Below are positions 1 to 11,859 of a DNA stretch of 64,000 bases, one piece after another. The notes under the pieces were generated by a model. The model saw nothing but the letters and a program-made list of their open reading frames with translations, ran no database searches and was not told where the DNA came from. The stretch covers positions 40,548,001 to 40,612,000 of the forward strand of contig NC_134473.1 of NCBI RefSeq assembly GCF_964194025.1, written 5' to 3'. This DNA comes from Convolutriloba macropyga (taxonomy: Eukaryota). A program made the position numbers and the translations under genes. Every line of letters begins with the position of its first letter. Position 1 is the stretch's first letter.

Positions 1-93
1 CATTGTTGCCAGGTTATTTGGTCTATATTTTATAATCTTACATTTTTGTATATCATTTTTGCAATCATAAGTTGCATCCAAATTAAAATCCAT
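1..93 (-). CDS. Probable N-terminus of a double jelly-roll major capsid protein (partial, runs off the window)
   Basis: ATG at 93 in an ATAAAAATG context, open frame MDFNLDATYDCKNDIQKCKIIKYRPNNLATM. Sits head-to-head with the penton and resembles Polinton MCP N-termini. Only 31 codons are visible. Confidence 0.45.
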   Translation of the reverse strand, partial: MDFNLDATYDCKNDIQKCKIIKYRPNNLATM

Positions 94-110
94 TTTTATT
101 AGATAAAAAA

Positions 111-953
111 ATGACAGACAACTTGATTCTATATGAACCACAAAATATACACGAAGCTTTAACTAAAACTAAAGAAGAGCATGCGCTTAACTTTAGAATG
201 ATAAAACCAACAGAAAAGTTTAATTTTAGTGAACCTATACTTAATACAACAAAATTAGGTTTAATTAGATTATCTGTTTATAATTCAGTGTTTAATGTGA
301 ATAGGAGAAATAATCAATTCTTATATGCTAGTACTGTTATAGAAGATGATGAAGCTTTACCTCGGGCTCTTAGCTCTGACCCTAACCTTAACCCTATCTC
401 TACCTCAAGCCCAAACATTACATCTATACTTAATTATAATTATAGAGAAATCCCGTTGCTATATTCAACTATTACACCGGGAGCATATGAGTTAACTGAT
501 ATAGCAGAATTAATAAAAGAAGAAACTGATGGTAATGTTATAATAGAACCTGATAAGAATACGATAAAATGTTTAATGGAAATAAAACAAGGAGCTTTCA
601 GCTTTGATATAGAAAACTCACTAGCCTCATTACTAGGATTTAGAAAAATAATTTTTAAAAAAGGTAGATATAAGTCTCAGAAAATTATTGATATTATGGG
701 TTTTAGTACTATTAACATTCATTGTAATGTGATATCTGGAGCTAAAGATAATGGTAAAGATACAGACATACTATATACTTTTAAACTAACTGAACCACCA
801 GGTTACTTGATAAATATTAAACCAACTAATATCTTGTATCAGAATGTAACTAAAGATAGAATAGAATATATAGAATTTCATTTTAAAGATGAGCATGGAA
901 GACCTATAGACTTTAATGGTGATGTATTAAGTTTTACTTTACATCTAGTTTAG
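111..953 (+). CDS. Penton / minor capsid protein (single jelly roll) of Polinton-like virus
   Basis: C-terminus INIHCNVISG...DILYTF...PPGYLI...IEFHFKDEHGRPIDFNGDVLSFTLHL is typical of Polinton/PLV pentons. Confidence 0.8.
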   Translation: MTDNLILYEPQNIHEALTKTKEEHALNFRMIKPTEKFNFSEPILNTTKLGLIRLSVYNSVFNVNRRNNQFLYASTVIEDDEALPRALSSDPNLNPISTSSPNITSILNYNYREIPLLYSTITPGAYELTDIAELIKEETDGNVIIEPDKNTIKCLMEIKQGAFSFDIENSLASLLGFRKIIFKKGRYKSQKIIDIMGFSTINIHCNVISGAKDNGKDTDILYTFKLTEPPGYLINIKPTNILYQNVTKDRIEYIEFHFKDEHGRPIDFNGDVLSFTLHLV

Positions 954-1006
954 TCTTTATCTTTATCTTTATCTTAATTTTAATCTTTGACTTAACTTAA
1001 ACTAAA

Positions 1007-1722
1007 CTACAAAATTTTCCTATCCCAATTAATTCTTAATTTACCATTAATATTTTTATTTTTAGCTATATCAATGACAATATAATTATAAGGCTCTTTC
1101 CATACCTTATTACATATATTAGCAAAATCATTATAACTAAGTTCAACATTATTAAAGAAATCTTGATATATCGATGCTAGGACTTTACCTCTCTGTTCAA
1201 ATAAAATAAATAGATTACAGTTCTCTCTAACACTCTGCCTATCCAGAGAGAACAGGTTTTGATTAAGATATATCATATTACAGTTATTATGTCTACCTCT
1301 ACAAAAGTATTCATTAATAACTGGTTCTTTGTCTCTAACATCATCGAATATCATTAGTTTCTTTAAGTCTTTGGGTAGTTTATCGGGAGATGGTAAATCT
1401 TTTATATCTTTAATAAATTCAACATCTGCTTTGGGGTTTATTTTTTCTATACCATGGTACTGATCACTAGTAGGTCCAATGATGTATAGCTTATCAAAGT
1501 ATATACTAGCTAGAATTAGTTTTTTTAATAAGAATGTCTTACCAAATCACTAGGACCAGATATTATAGATCTAAAGTTATCTGGGAAAGCGGCTTCTGTA
1601 ATTATATCATCATCATCATTTAACCATGAAAATAGATCATTATTTATGTTTATAGAGATACTGTTAGTAGGACTATTGTTATTAGGTTTAAACTTTTGAT
1701 GAGGCTTCACCCATGTTTCACC
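1007..1722 (-). pseudogene. A32/FtsK-like packaging ATPase 1, frameshifted in Walker A
   Basis: FPDNFRSIISGPS-[1-nt deletion ~1546]-GKTFLLKKLI; Walker B LMIFDD; YFCRGRHNNCNMIYLNQ and RENCN motifs. The frame is open upstream into the N gap. Confidence 0.85.
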
Positions 1723-1943
1723 NNNNNNNNNNNNNNNNNNNNNNNNNNNNNNNNNNNNNNNNNNNNNNNNNNNNNNNNNNNNNNNNNNNNNNNNNNNNNN
1801 NNNNNNNNNNNNNNNNNNNNNNNNNNNNNNNNNNNNNNNNNNNNNNNNNNNNNNNNNNNNNNNNNNNNNNNNNNNNNNNNNNNNNNNNNNNNNNNNNNNN
1901 NNNNNNNNNNNNNNNNNNNNNNNNNNNNNNNNNNNNNNNNNNN
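1723..1943. other. Assembly gap (N run)
   Basis: Run of n. Confidence 1.
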
Positions 1944-2611
1944 NCATTACCACTATCATTAGCATTATCATTATCATTATCATTATCAATGACATTATCA
2001 TTATCATTAACATTAACATTATCTTGATCAATAAAATTATCATTATCATTAACATTAAAATTATCTTTATCATTAACATTATCTTTATCACTAACATTAA
2101 CATTATCTTTATCATTAACATTAACCTCATCATTATCTTTACTACAACCTAAACAAAAACACTCATTATGTGTTCCTGGATATTTACATTGATTAACTAG
2201 ATTATTCAAAGCACTTTTAATTCTAAATCTTCTATCAATAAGATAGATCATATATAAACAATAAGCCCCACAATAAGATTCATCATATTGTTGTATTCTC
2301 TCATTAGAGCCTAGATCAACATATTCTTCTAAAAATAAAGGTGGAGTTTCTACACCAAAACTATCAAATTAATACATAGGACCATCTTCTCTTCTTATAA
2401 CTAAAACCCAATGTGTACCTTCAGTTGGATGTAGATTTACAATAATGTTAGAGTTAGGTTCACTTACCATTTCTGGTTTATCATCTCTCATTACAATCTC
2501 AATTGGTGTTAGACTTATATCTTTACCTATATCTATTATTCTGATATCACTCATAGCATTATTATCAATATTAAATTTATTATTGAATTCCTCAAAAGTT
2601 AGGATGAGCGT
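1944..2611 (-). pseudogene. Adenain-like cysteine protease with Asp/Asn-rich C-terminal extension; one nonsense codon
   Basis: Reading through TAA at 2369-2371 joins GTHWVLV...PMY*FDSFG...IQQYDESYCGAYCLYMI (His/Asp/Gln/Cys set) in frame with ORF 2251-1718. The likely start is mutated to ACG at 2611 after TATAAAA. Confidence 0.85.
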
Positions 2612-2695
2612 TTTTATATATTAAATTTATTAAATCTAAGTCTAATTATAAGTCTAAGTCTAAATCTAAATCAAATCTATATTTATTATATAAAA

Positions 2696-4259
2696 ATGGA
2701 AACAGGTAGTGCAGTTTTTATTTTTATTATTATTATTGGAATTTGTTATATAATATATGATTCAAGACCAAGTAAATATACAAAACTAGAAGAAAGCTTT
2801 GGTGGATTTATGAATAGGAGTCTAGTTAGATTTGAATATGAAAAATCACCATTACATACTATTGTTTATGGTCGAACAGGTACAGGCAAAACATATTTTA
2901 TTAGACAATATTTAAAATTATACTCAGTCCAAAATCAAGATCAAGATCAAGATCAAGATCGAGATCAAGTTCAAAATCAAGCTAAAAATATAGTTATAGT
3001 GTGTAAAGATGACAGAGACTGGATAGATCCTGAGTCTAATAAGTTTTATACTGGGTTTAATAAATGTGATATAAATATGATCACAACAAAATATGCCTAA
3101 ATTTCAAAATTGTGTAGTAGTACTTGATGATATGGTTGATAGGTTAAATAAGGATATAGGTTATTCATTTACTGAAGGTAGACATCATAACATTCAAATG
3201 ATTGTAATGTGTCATAAACCAGCTCAAATAATTATTACAGCAAGAATGAGTTGTGATACTATTTATTTAACAACTTATAATGGACCTGACCTATTTAAAA
3301 ACTTTAATGAGATATATAAATGTGAACATGACTTCAATAAAATAATTAGTGAATTAAATAGTAACTATTATAATTGTACAGATGGAATGTCAGATGAACT
3401 TCGTTATGGTATAATTAAATATAATAAAAAGGAAAATACTTTTATTATTATTAGTAGTTATAGAACAATGATATATGATTCAAGAGTTGGTTTCCTTGAT
3501 TTGAAAGCTCTTAGTTTAAAAGATGATTTAGAGAGAGAAGATATAAATAAACTTATAGCATATATGAAACCACTAATGATTAGTGCAACAGATAGAAATG
3601 TTATTAATCATGATATTTATCAGTGTTATTTTAATAAACTTCTTACTTTAAATAATATTAAAATTCAGAATGATGTTCTAACTAAAGAAATGATTATGGG
3701 AAAGGGTATGAAAATTTTATCAAATATTGGTGGAATTATAGGCGCAGGTTTATTTATATTTAATTGTTTTTATCCTAATTCAATATCAAGAAATGCTGGA
3801 ACTGTAGCAATGGGACCAAGTACAATGTTGAGTAGAGTAAATACATTAGTTAATGTTGGATATGGAGAAGAGTTGGAAGGTTAAACACGAAGCAGTTGTA
3901 CTGATAATGACACATGGTCGAAGACCTATCAGGGAAGCAGTTTGGTAAACCACGAACTTTGTTCGTATACTGATCAGTGTAAATATGACTTCGTCAATGA
4001 GGAGATGGGAATTTTGAATAGAAAGGGAGGAAGGTTTTTAAACAAACTATATATAAATAATGAAGAATTTAGAGAAGAGATTATAAATTTTGTTAAAGAT
4101 AAAAAGAATAAGACCTTGATTTGATTTTAGATAAGAGATGTAAAACTAATACACTCAATACTTTAGGAAATAAAAATTTAGCAGAGTGTATCACATCTAA
4201 AGATAATACTAAAGATTTAATTGAAATCATGGCTAAATATTACCCTGTGAAGGATTAGG
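2696..4259 (+). pseudogene. Second A32-like ATPase with N-terminal TM helix and long C-terminal extension; frameshifts and nonsense codon
   Basis: TM AVFIFIIIIGICYIIY; Walker A VYGRTGTGKT; frameshift ~3090; Walker B VVVLDD; FTEGRHHNIQMIVMCH. In-frame stop at 3882-3884 continues into ORF 3942-4124; a further shift occurs near 4115. Confidence 0.75.
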
Positions 4260-4286
4260 TAAATATTATAGTTTACCCTATTATAA

Positions 4287-5177
4287 ATGCTTTTACAATG
4301 TTTAGAGTGTAACTATAAGTGTGGAAACATTGCTGTTTTAAAATATCATTATGAATCATTTCATAAAAATAAAACTGATAAATGTATGTGTGGTAATATA
4401 ATATTAAGTGGTATTTGTGCTAATAATTTTTCTCCGTGGGGTTGTTCTTTAAAAAATGAATCTAGTTCTAGTTCTAGCTCTAATTCTAGTTCTAACCCTA
4501 GTTCTAATTCTAATTCTAATTCTAGTTCTAACCCTAGGTCTAGTTCTAACCCTAATTCTAACTCTAGTTCTAACCCTAGTTCTAGCTCTAGTTCTAGTTC
4601 TGGTTCTGGTTCTAACCCCAGTTCTAGCTCTAGTTCTGGTTCTGGTTCTATCTATGACTATAACTCTAACTCAGATCCTAACCCCAACCCTAACCCTAAC
4701 ATTATCCCCAACCCTAACCCTAACCTTAACCCCAGCTCAGAAGTATTAACTAGATGTTGTAATAAGTGTAATTATATAAAACCACTAAATAATTTTGATG
4801 AGGGTAAGTATACATGTAGAAGTTGTACTTCAGCTAAAGTTAATTGTTCATATTGTACTTCTGTTGTGAGATATGATGGGATACGGGCTCATGTAAAGAA
4901 ACAACATCCAGATATAGAATTGACTAGAGGATTTAGTAGAAATCTGCAAAGCAGGTTCCCTGATATAACTGATCGGTGTAACCGCTTCGCGGATAAAACA
5001 ATTAATCCTAGTTGGCAAAGTCCTAGAGCTGTAAGTCCTTTAGTTATTAACCAAACAGAAGAAAGTTGTTCATGTAAATACTATATTTTTGTATCATTTC
5101 TTATTAATAATGGAATAAATATAGAAAAAATAAAAGAAAAAATAAATTTATTGAAAAGTATAGATAATTTGAAATAA
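4287..5177 (+). CDS. Zinc-finger protein with Ser/Asn/Pro low-complexity insert
   Basis: C2H2-like CLECNYKC...HYESFH and CSYC...HVKKQH; CNKC...CRSC; S/N/P tract encoded by hexamer repeats. Confidence 0.7.
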   Translation: MLLQCLECNYKCGNIAVLKYHYESFHKNKTDKCMCGNIILSGICANNFSPWGCSLKNESSSSSSSNSSSNPSSNSNSNSSSNPRSSSNPNSNSSSNPSSSSSSSSGSGSNPSSSSSSGSGSIYDYNSNSDPNPNPNPNIIPNPNPNLNPSSEVLTRCCNKCNYIKPLNNFDEGKYTCRSCTSAKVNCSYCTSVVRYDGIRAHVKKQHPDIELTRGFSRNLQSRFPDITDRCNRFADKTINPSWQSPRAVSPLVINQTEESCSCKYYIFVSFLINNGINIEKIKEKINLLKSIDNLK

Positions 5178-6860
5178 AATGTATAAAAAAATTAAAAAAA
5201 ATCGAAAAAGAAGGATTCACTCTTTAAGAGCGAAAAAGAGCGATCGTTTCTACTGGGGATCACTCCGAATAAGAGTGAATCACTCTTAAAGAGTGTAATA
5301 TAAATTTTGCTTTGATTTTTTGATTTTTTGTTTTATTTTTGATTTTAATTTTAATTTTTATCAAATTTAGAGCTAATATATAGTAGTGGATAAAACAAGG
5401 CTTCCAGAAATCAGTAAAATTTGGCCAGATTCGACATGCGTGATTAGCGCTTGGAGAAAGGGTCAAATTTTGCTGGTGGCTGGAAGCCTTGTTTTATCCA
5501 TTACTGTCGTGACATCAATTTTTCTATTTTCAGTGGCTCAATTTAACTATTCTTGCCACGGTGTCTACACTATGCTTCCCCTCTAGTCCAGACAATTCGT
5601 TAGACATCAACGACAAAACTCGTTTATTTATCCTCAGAGCGGCGTATTGTTCAGCTTTAAAAAAAACATCCCGGCTTCAGATCGAACTTGTGACAACTTG
5701 CATGTTTCTTACAAAAAATGGTTTACTTGTGAGAATTTACATGAAAAAGTGTCTTGAAGAAGCTGGTTTATTCGGAAGAGATTGCAGTTCGAACGGCTAA
5801 TTTGTAGTAACTTGAAGGTCGAATAATAAAGTTCGTTCCGGTCGAGCTTTACTTTTATTGGTTAATACAAATTAATGTTCTGTCATCTACCACAGAAGGC
5901 GGGTGGTAGCTAGTTGCTCAGTTTGGATAACATAGCACATTGTGACTTAAGTTGACCAAAACGGTTACTTTTCAATATTATCAACTCAAGAGGACCTTTT
6001 GGATTTCAGTTAACGAATAGGAGATCTCTATTAGTTTCTTCCTTATTTTTTTACCCCTCGACTTTGATTGAAATTTCCCTAATATTTTATTCCATTTTTT
6101 TAAATTTTTTGAGTTCCAATGACACTTTTTTCAGATTCTATAAATTTCGTTTTAAACTTCTTTTACATTCATATCTTGCAATGTTTTATTGTAATTTGGT
6201 TCAACATAGGCAGAAAATGAACGAAAACATGTTTTAAGTCGAATGTTTGACCTGTAGGAATCCAGTGAGCCGAATGTTTAACTTTCAAGAACCTTTTAAC
6301 TCGAATGGTTAACTTGTGAGAACTTGTAGGTTACTTAGTGGTCAAAATCTGTTTAGGTCAGCTCAAAGTTTTTGTCAGTCAGTCTTGTCTGGAGCTAGAA
6401 GTCCAGCGTTACCATACCTGTTTTGGTTGACTGATGACTACTTTTACAATTGCAACATTCAATTTTTTTAAAAAAATAATGACTTCGTACGATTTAAAAC
6501 TGAATATACCAACAATGTCCAAAAATTTAACGATCGAACAAATCACATCGGACAATTGTTGGTTAAAAACCAAAAATACCAAAGTTGTCCTACATTCCAA
6601 ATTTCTCATATTTAAAATACAGTATACTAAACCAACTGATGAACATGGCGATCATTTCTTACGTCTAAAACTAAACAGATTGTAAAATTCCTGTAATATT
6701 TTTGGTCGTTTTTGTTGGCTCTTCCGAGCTTGATTTTCATGAAAAGGTTTTTCTCTAAAAGCTTATGGTCTGCTATCTTCCAGGGAATATCAAGCATCCT
6801 GTAAATTGATGACTTTTTCCGAGAGAAAATTTATCATGCTGTTTCATAAGGTTAATTTTT

Positions 6861-9633
6861 AAGTTGAAAAATAATCATAGAAGGAGGAAAAATAAATCAA
6901 TCACAATTTTCCCCTCTTTTATCTCAACATTTAGTCTCTTTCTCGCAGAATTAGTTAGGTTAAATTCTTCAAATGCGGTCAATTTATTTAATTTATTCAC
7001 AACTCAACTCAAATCAACCACTACACTAAAATTGACACAAAAACCAAAATTGAAAAGCTGTTCGAAAAATAACTTTCAACTGTGAGTGCAAAACTTTTTT
7101 GGAATTTTTTATCCCTGTTATTGCATCACTTTCCCAGTTTGCCGCCTTTATTGACTGTGTCTTGCCAGTATTGCAGCTAAAGTTTAGTTTGAACACGCGT
7201 TATGGTATTGCTACAGTTAAATGTCACAGAGAAAGCTACTCAACTGACGCCCAAGTTGATACCATTGAAAAAATGGTACGTAGATCCTTCTAGCATAAAT
7301 TACTTGTTCTCCCCGTCAAGCATTGAACCCTATAGCAAACCAACAATTAAAAAATTTTTGTGAGATTTTGTGGCAAACATCTATCATTGATATCCTAAAA
7401 AAAGTTTATAAATTATGAACTTTTTTTCATTCATAGAACACATCACTACTTAATGTCGCCGGTTTCTAGTAATGCACTTGCTCATGCCAGCACGCTCAAC
7501 CGTTTGCTTGGAAAAAAATCAAAAACTGTTGACGACTGCTTCTGTTGATGAATATGTCATTTTGTTCTTTATTGTCGTTGGTTTACTGTCACAAACACAA
7601 TTTTCAGCTTAGCTCATCCTCAATTGCACTTTTTGCGTACTGAAGCTGTAGACCTGTCTTTGTAATTGTAATTGTTGCTAGCATAAACTGATAAAGGGAG
7701 TGTAAAAAATAATGATTTTGTGTCCGGGAAATTGCTGAGACTAACTATTTACTAAAATAGCTGTTGATGAAAGTGTTGAAGATTGCTAAACCCCTTGATG
7801 AAATTTGCTGCTGATTTGTACTTGCTTCGTATAATGTTTTCAAGAATCTCATTTGGCTCACATTGATTAACTAAAAAACAAGGAGGCTCGCTAATATGCG
7901 TTGCACATAATGCTGCGACCCTGCTCATCCACATTCTTGATTTACTTAGCTACCAAATAATGAAGAGATAGAACCATTTAAAAAATATGCGCATCGTTCA
8001 AAAAACCACTAATGGGATAGAAAAATGCCACGCTAGAGGACCGACAAAACTTGTTGATAATGGGACTACTAGAAAAGACAGTAATGAAAATCAAATAACA
8101 AACATTAATTACCAGCAAAACTCGTAATTTATATATTTAAAAAATACTCTAAAAATCAATCTCTTATCAGATAAAACCTAAACAAAACAAATAAACCTAA
8201 ACTTAATTAGAAAAAAATGGGACCTTTCCTCAATGCGACTGTGATGAAAAGTTGAAAAATAATCATAGAAGGAGGAAAAATAAATCAATCACAATTTTCC
8301 CCTCTTTTATCTCAACATTTAGTCTCTTTCTCGCAGAATTAGTTAGGTTAAATTCTTCAAATGCGGTCAATTTATTTAATTTATTCACAACTCAACTCAA
8401 ATCAACCACTACACTAAAATTGACACAAAAACCAAAATTGAAAAGCTGTTCGAAAAATAACTTTCAACTGTGAGTGCAAAACTTTTTTGGAATTTTTTAT
8501 CCCTGTTATTGCATCAATTTCCCAGTTTGCCGCCTTTATTGACTGTGTCTTGCCAGTATTGCAGCTAAAGTTTAGTTTGAACACGCGTTATGGTATTGCT
8601 ACAGTTAAATGTCACAGAGAAAGCTACTCAACTGACGCCCAAGTTGATACCATTGAAAAAATGGTACGTAGATCCTTCTAGCATAAATTACTTGTTCTCC
8701 CCGTCAAGCATTGAACCCTATAGCAAACCAACAATTAAAAAATTTTTGTGAGATTTTGCGGCAAACATCTATCATTGATATCCTAAAAAAAGTTTATAAA
8801 TTATGAACTTTTTTTCATTCATAGAACACATCACTACTTAATGTCGCCGGTTTCTAGTAATGCACTTGCTCATGCCAGCACGCTCAACCGTTTGCTTGGA
8901 AAAAAATCAAAAACTGTTGACGACTGCTTCTGTTGATGAATATGTCCTTTTGTTCTTTATTGTCGTTGGTTTACTGTCACAAACACAATTTTCAGCTTAG
9001 CTCATCCTCAATTGCACTTTTTGCGTACTGAAGCTGTAGACCTGTCTTTGTAATTGTAATTGTTGCTAGCATAAACTGATAAAGGGAGTGTAAAAAATAA
9101 TGATTTTGTGTCCGGGAAATTGCTGAGACTAACTATTTACTAAAATAGCTGTTGATGAAAGTGTTGAAGATTGCTAAACCCCTTGATGAAATTTGCTGCT
9201 GATTTGTACTTGCTTCGTATAATGTTTTCAAGAATCTCATTTGGCTAACATTGATTAACTAAAAAACAAGGAGGCTCGCTAATATGCGTTGCACATAATG
9301 CTGCGACCCTGCTCATCCACATTCTTGATTTACTTAGCTACCAAATAATGAAGAGATAGAACCATTTAAAAAATATGCGCATCGTTCAAAAAACCACTAA
9401 TGGGATAGAAAAATGCCACGCTAGAGGACCGACAAAACTTGTTGATAATGGGACTACTAGAAAAGACAGTAATGAAAATCAAATAACAAACATTAATTAC
9501 CAGCAAAACTCGTAATTTATATATTTAAAAAATACTCTAAAAATCAATCTCTTATCAGATAAAACCTAAACAAAACAAATAAACCTAAACTTAATTAGAA
9601 AAAAATGGGACCTTTCCTCAATGCGACTGTGAT
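6861..9633. repeat. Near-identical tandem duplication, 1388-bp period (6861-8245 and 8249-9633)
   Basis: Identical short ORFs are offset by 1388 (6864/8252, 7099/8487). Only a few substitutions seen. Confidence 0.95.
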
Positions 9634-11859
9634 ACAGGTCGACAAAATATAGCAAAAAATGCGCAGTTCAAAAATACGTTTCTATTTCTGAAAACAGAAA
9701 ATTTCAAAATGAATAATATCATTAGAGATTAACTGAAATCACTAAAAAGTGCTATTATAAGTCCATGGGAAGGAATTGAGAGCTGTCATTATCCAGCGTA
9801 CGTCAAACGACTACAACGATTAGGATAAAAATTAGGAAGTTCAATTGAACTTTGCGCAAAAATGGCAGTGAAGCCGTTAAAATCATAAAGTTGTTACTTA
9901 AGGTAGAAAAAGTCCCGTTGCGTAAAATCACAATGTCAATTGGACTGACCATTAACGTTATAATTCAAAGCGAATACAAAAATCCTTTAAAATGTACAAA
10001 TACATAAAAATTTCAAACATTTCATGAAATCTCATAGAAACTAAAACCGCTATAAGGATCAAAATATTGCCTGCTGGAAACGTTATCAGATTTGTCTTTA
10101 CAGAGACTAAGCTACAAATTGACCGAAAAACGATTTAAAAAGTTGGCGAGCTCAAATATCCAAGTCAGTTTTTGAAAACAAATGTTTTTGAAAGTCATAA
10201 CAGACATACGATTACATGAAAAAAGATGAATTAAGTTGCAACACCTCACAAAGACAATTGGGCTTGTTTGCAATGAGACTACAGAGTCACGAGACTACAA
10301 AATAACAACAAGTAAAGGCACAAGCAAAAATTTTACAGACAATTTTAGGACACCACAGTGTTCGGGGCACTATTATTATAAGATCTTATATGCAAAACGA
10401 CAGGTGGTTGCCTCATTCTCAATTGAAAATTAATCAGTTGTCCTTGTAAAGGACTACGTAAAATTGACAACGATAAGAAACCCAAAACTGAGCAGTATAG
10501 AAATCTCAAAAGGTTTTTTTTTATGAAATTAAACGATGGAAGCCATCAGTCAAAACATATAGCCAACCACGAAAATAATGCCATAAAAGACATAAAAGTG
10601 TTTTCATTTCTTAATACTGAGATGGAGTTACATGGCGACAAAAATTGGTGCAATTAGGAGACAGTTGTTAAAACCTTTTTTTAAAATATAACTTTAAAGA
10701 GATTAAAAAGTAGTTATATATTGAAATCTATAATCGGGGGTGTTATACGTCCTGAGGAGGCAATTGAGTCCTATCATTATTAGGTTTTTGCCGTACATTA
10801 ACAAAAATAAGGACAAATAAAAGCAAAATTTAATAAAAATCCACTAAATTATGCGACAGAACTGTGTTTCAGCCCAAAAGCATAAACAATTCAACAAAGA
10901 AAATAAGCATATTCAAATGCAATTTTTTCCAAGGCTTTCAAACTTTCCAACTTTTTTCCACCAAGTGGGCCTGTCAATTATAAGAAAATTGAACAAGGAA
11001 ACAAAATGAACCTATAAAATGTGCATTTATCCTCAAAAATAAAAAACCCGGAAAACTCGTAGTGTCCAAACCGAGAAACTTTTTGTTAAATACAGAAGCG
11101 TTACAGATATTAATCTATATCCCACATGAAATGGGTTTGTTCCTGTCTCCACTGAGACTACGCCAGAAATTGAGAGAAATAAGACAAAATAGTGGCAAAG
11201 TTTAGAAATTCACCGTCACTTTCTTAAAACAAATAAATTCAAAGCCATAAGGGACATTAGATAACACCTAAGTTCCCTGTCCAGCTTCATTTTTTTCTCT
11301 GATAGAGTACAATTAGATATTTGATTGGGGACACTAAGTCATTTGACTTATAAATCATAACATTTTAAAAGAAAACATAAGAGATCCAGAAATTTTTTTT
11401 GAAATTAATTGGTCAGAGCCATAAAAACCATGAGCTTAAGTCTGAATCTGTGAAATATGTTCGTTGGGCCTCTTTTTGTAAATAGTTTCTGCCAATAATT
11501 GAGTCCTGATTTGAAATTTTTCTGACTAATTTACATAAAAAAATACGAATGCGGAAATTTTTTGAAATCTGAAATCTAAAAATATTTTTACCGTACGGAT
11601 CCATGGTGAGATCAAGATCAGCCCAGATGATGCAGCCCGTCTGAAAAAACTCAATTGTTGAAATGGTTGCAAAATAGATCAATTCTCAAACCAATTTTTT
11701 TGTTTTATCAAAAATAAATAATGGATTTTGTATTATTATCGAAATTAAATGTGCGAAAAACTGGCAAAATTTTAATTGAAGAAAACTCTGAAAGCCAGCA
11801 GGAGTACAACGAGCTCCTTTTGAGCTTAAAAAGAATATGACAAAAGTTTTAAGGTGTCT

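Larger units (their letters stand above)
1..5387. mobile_element. Decayed Polinton-like virus / endogenous dsDNA virus, right part (continues left of the window)
   Basis: Tightly packed, very AT-rich cluster of penton, A32 ATPases, adenain protease and a probable MCP start. Composition shifts to host-like DNA after ...ATATATAGTAGT (5387). No PolB or integrase in the visible part. Confidence 0.8.

Noticed and set aside
1525-2133. ORFs spanning the N gap, including an M/I/L-rich 202-aa ORF
   Set aside because: Artefacts of translating Ns and off-frame reading of the (DN) repeat; the gap length is unreliable for frame inference.
4675-4735. Telomere-like (TAACCC)n repeats
   Set aside because: Short, degenerate and in frame as an Asn-Pro tract; part of the general hexamer slippage in this element.
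4456-4749. Highly hydrophobic 97-aa ORF (LVLVL...)
   Set aside because: Alternative-frame shadow of the hexamer repeats in the Zn-finger ORF.
6235-6330. Three degenerate ~31-bp repeats (CGAATGTTTAAC)
   Set aside because: Too short and degenerate to assign a function.
6375-6417. Possible terminal host exon on the minus strand
   Set aside because: The acceptor lacks a pyrimidine tract and the frame is ambiguous.
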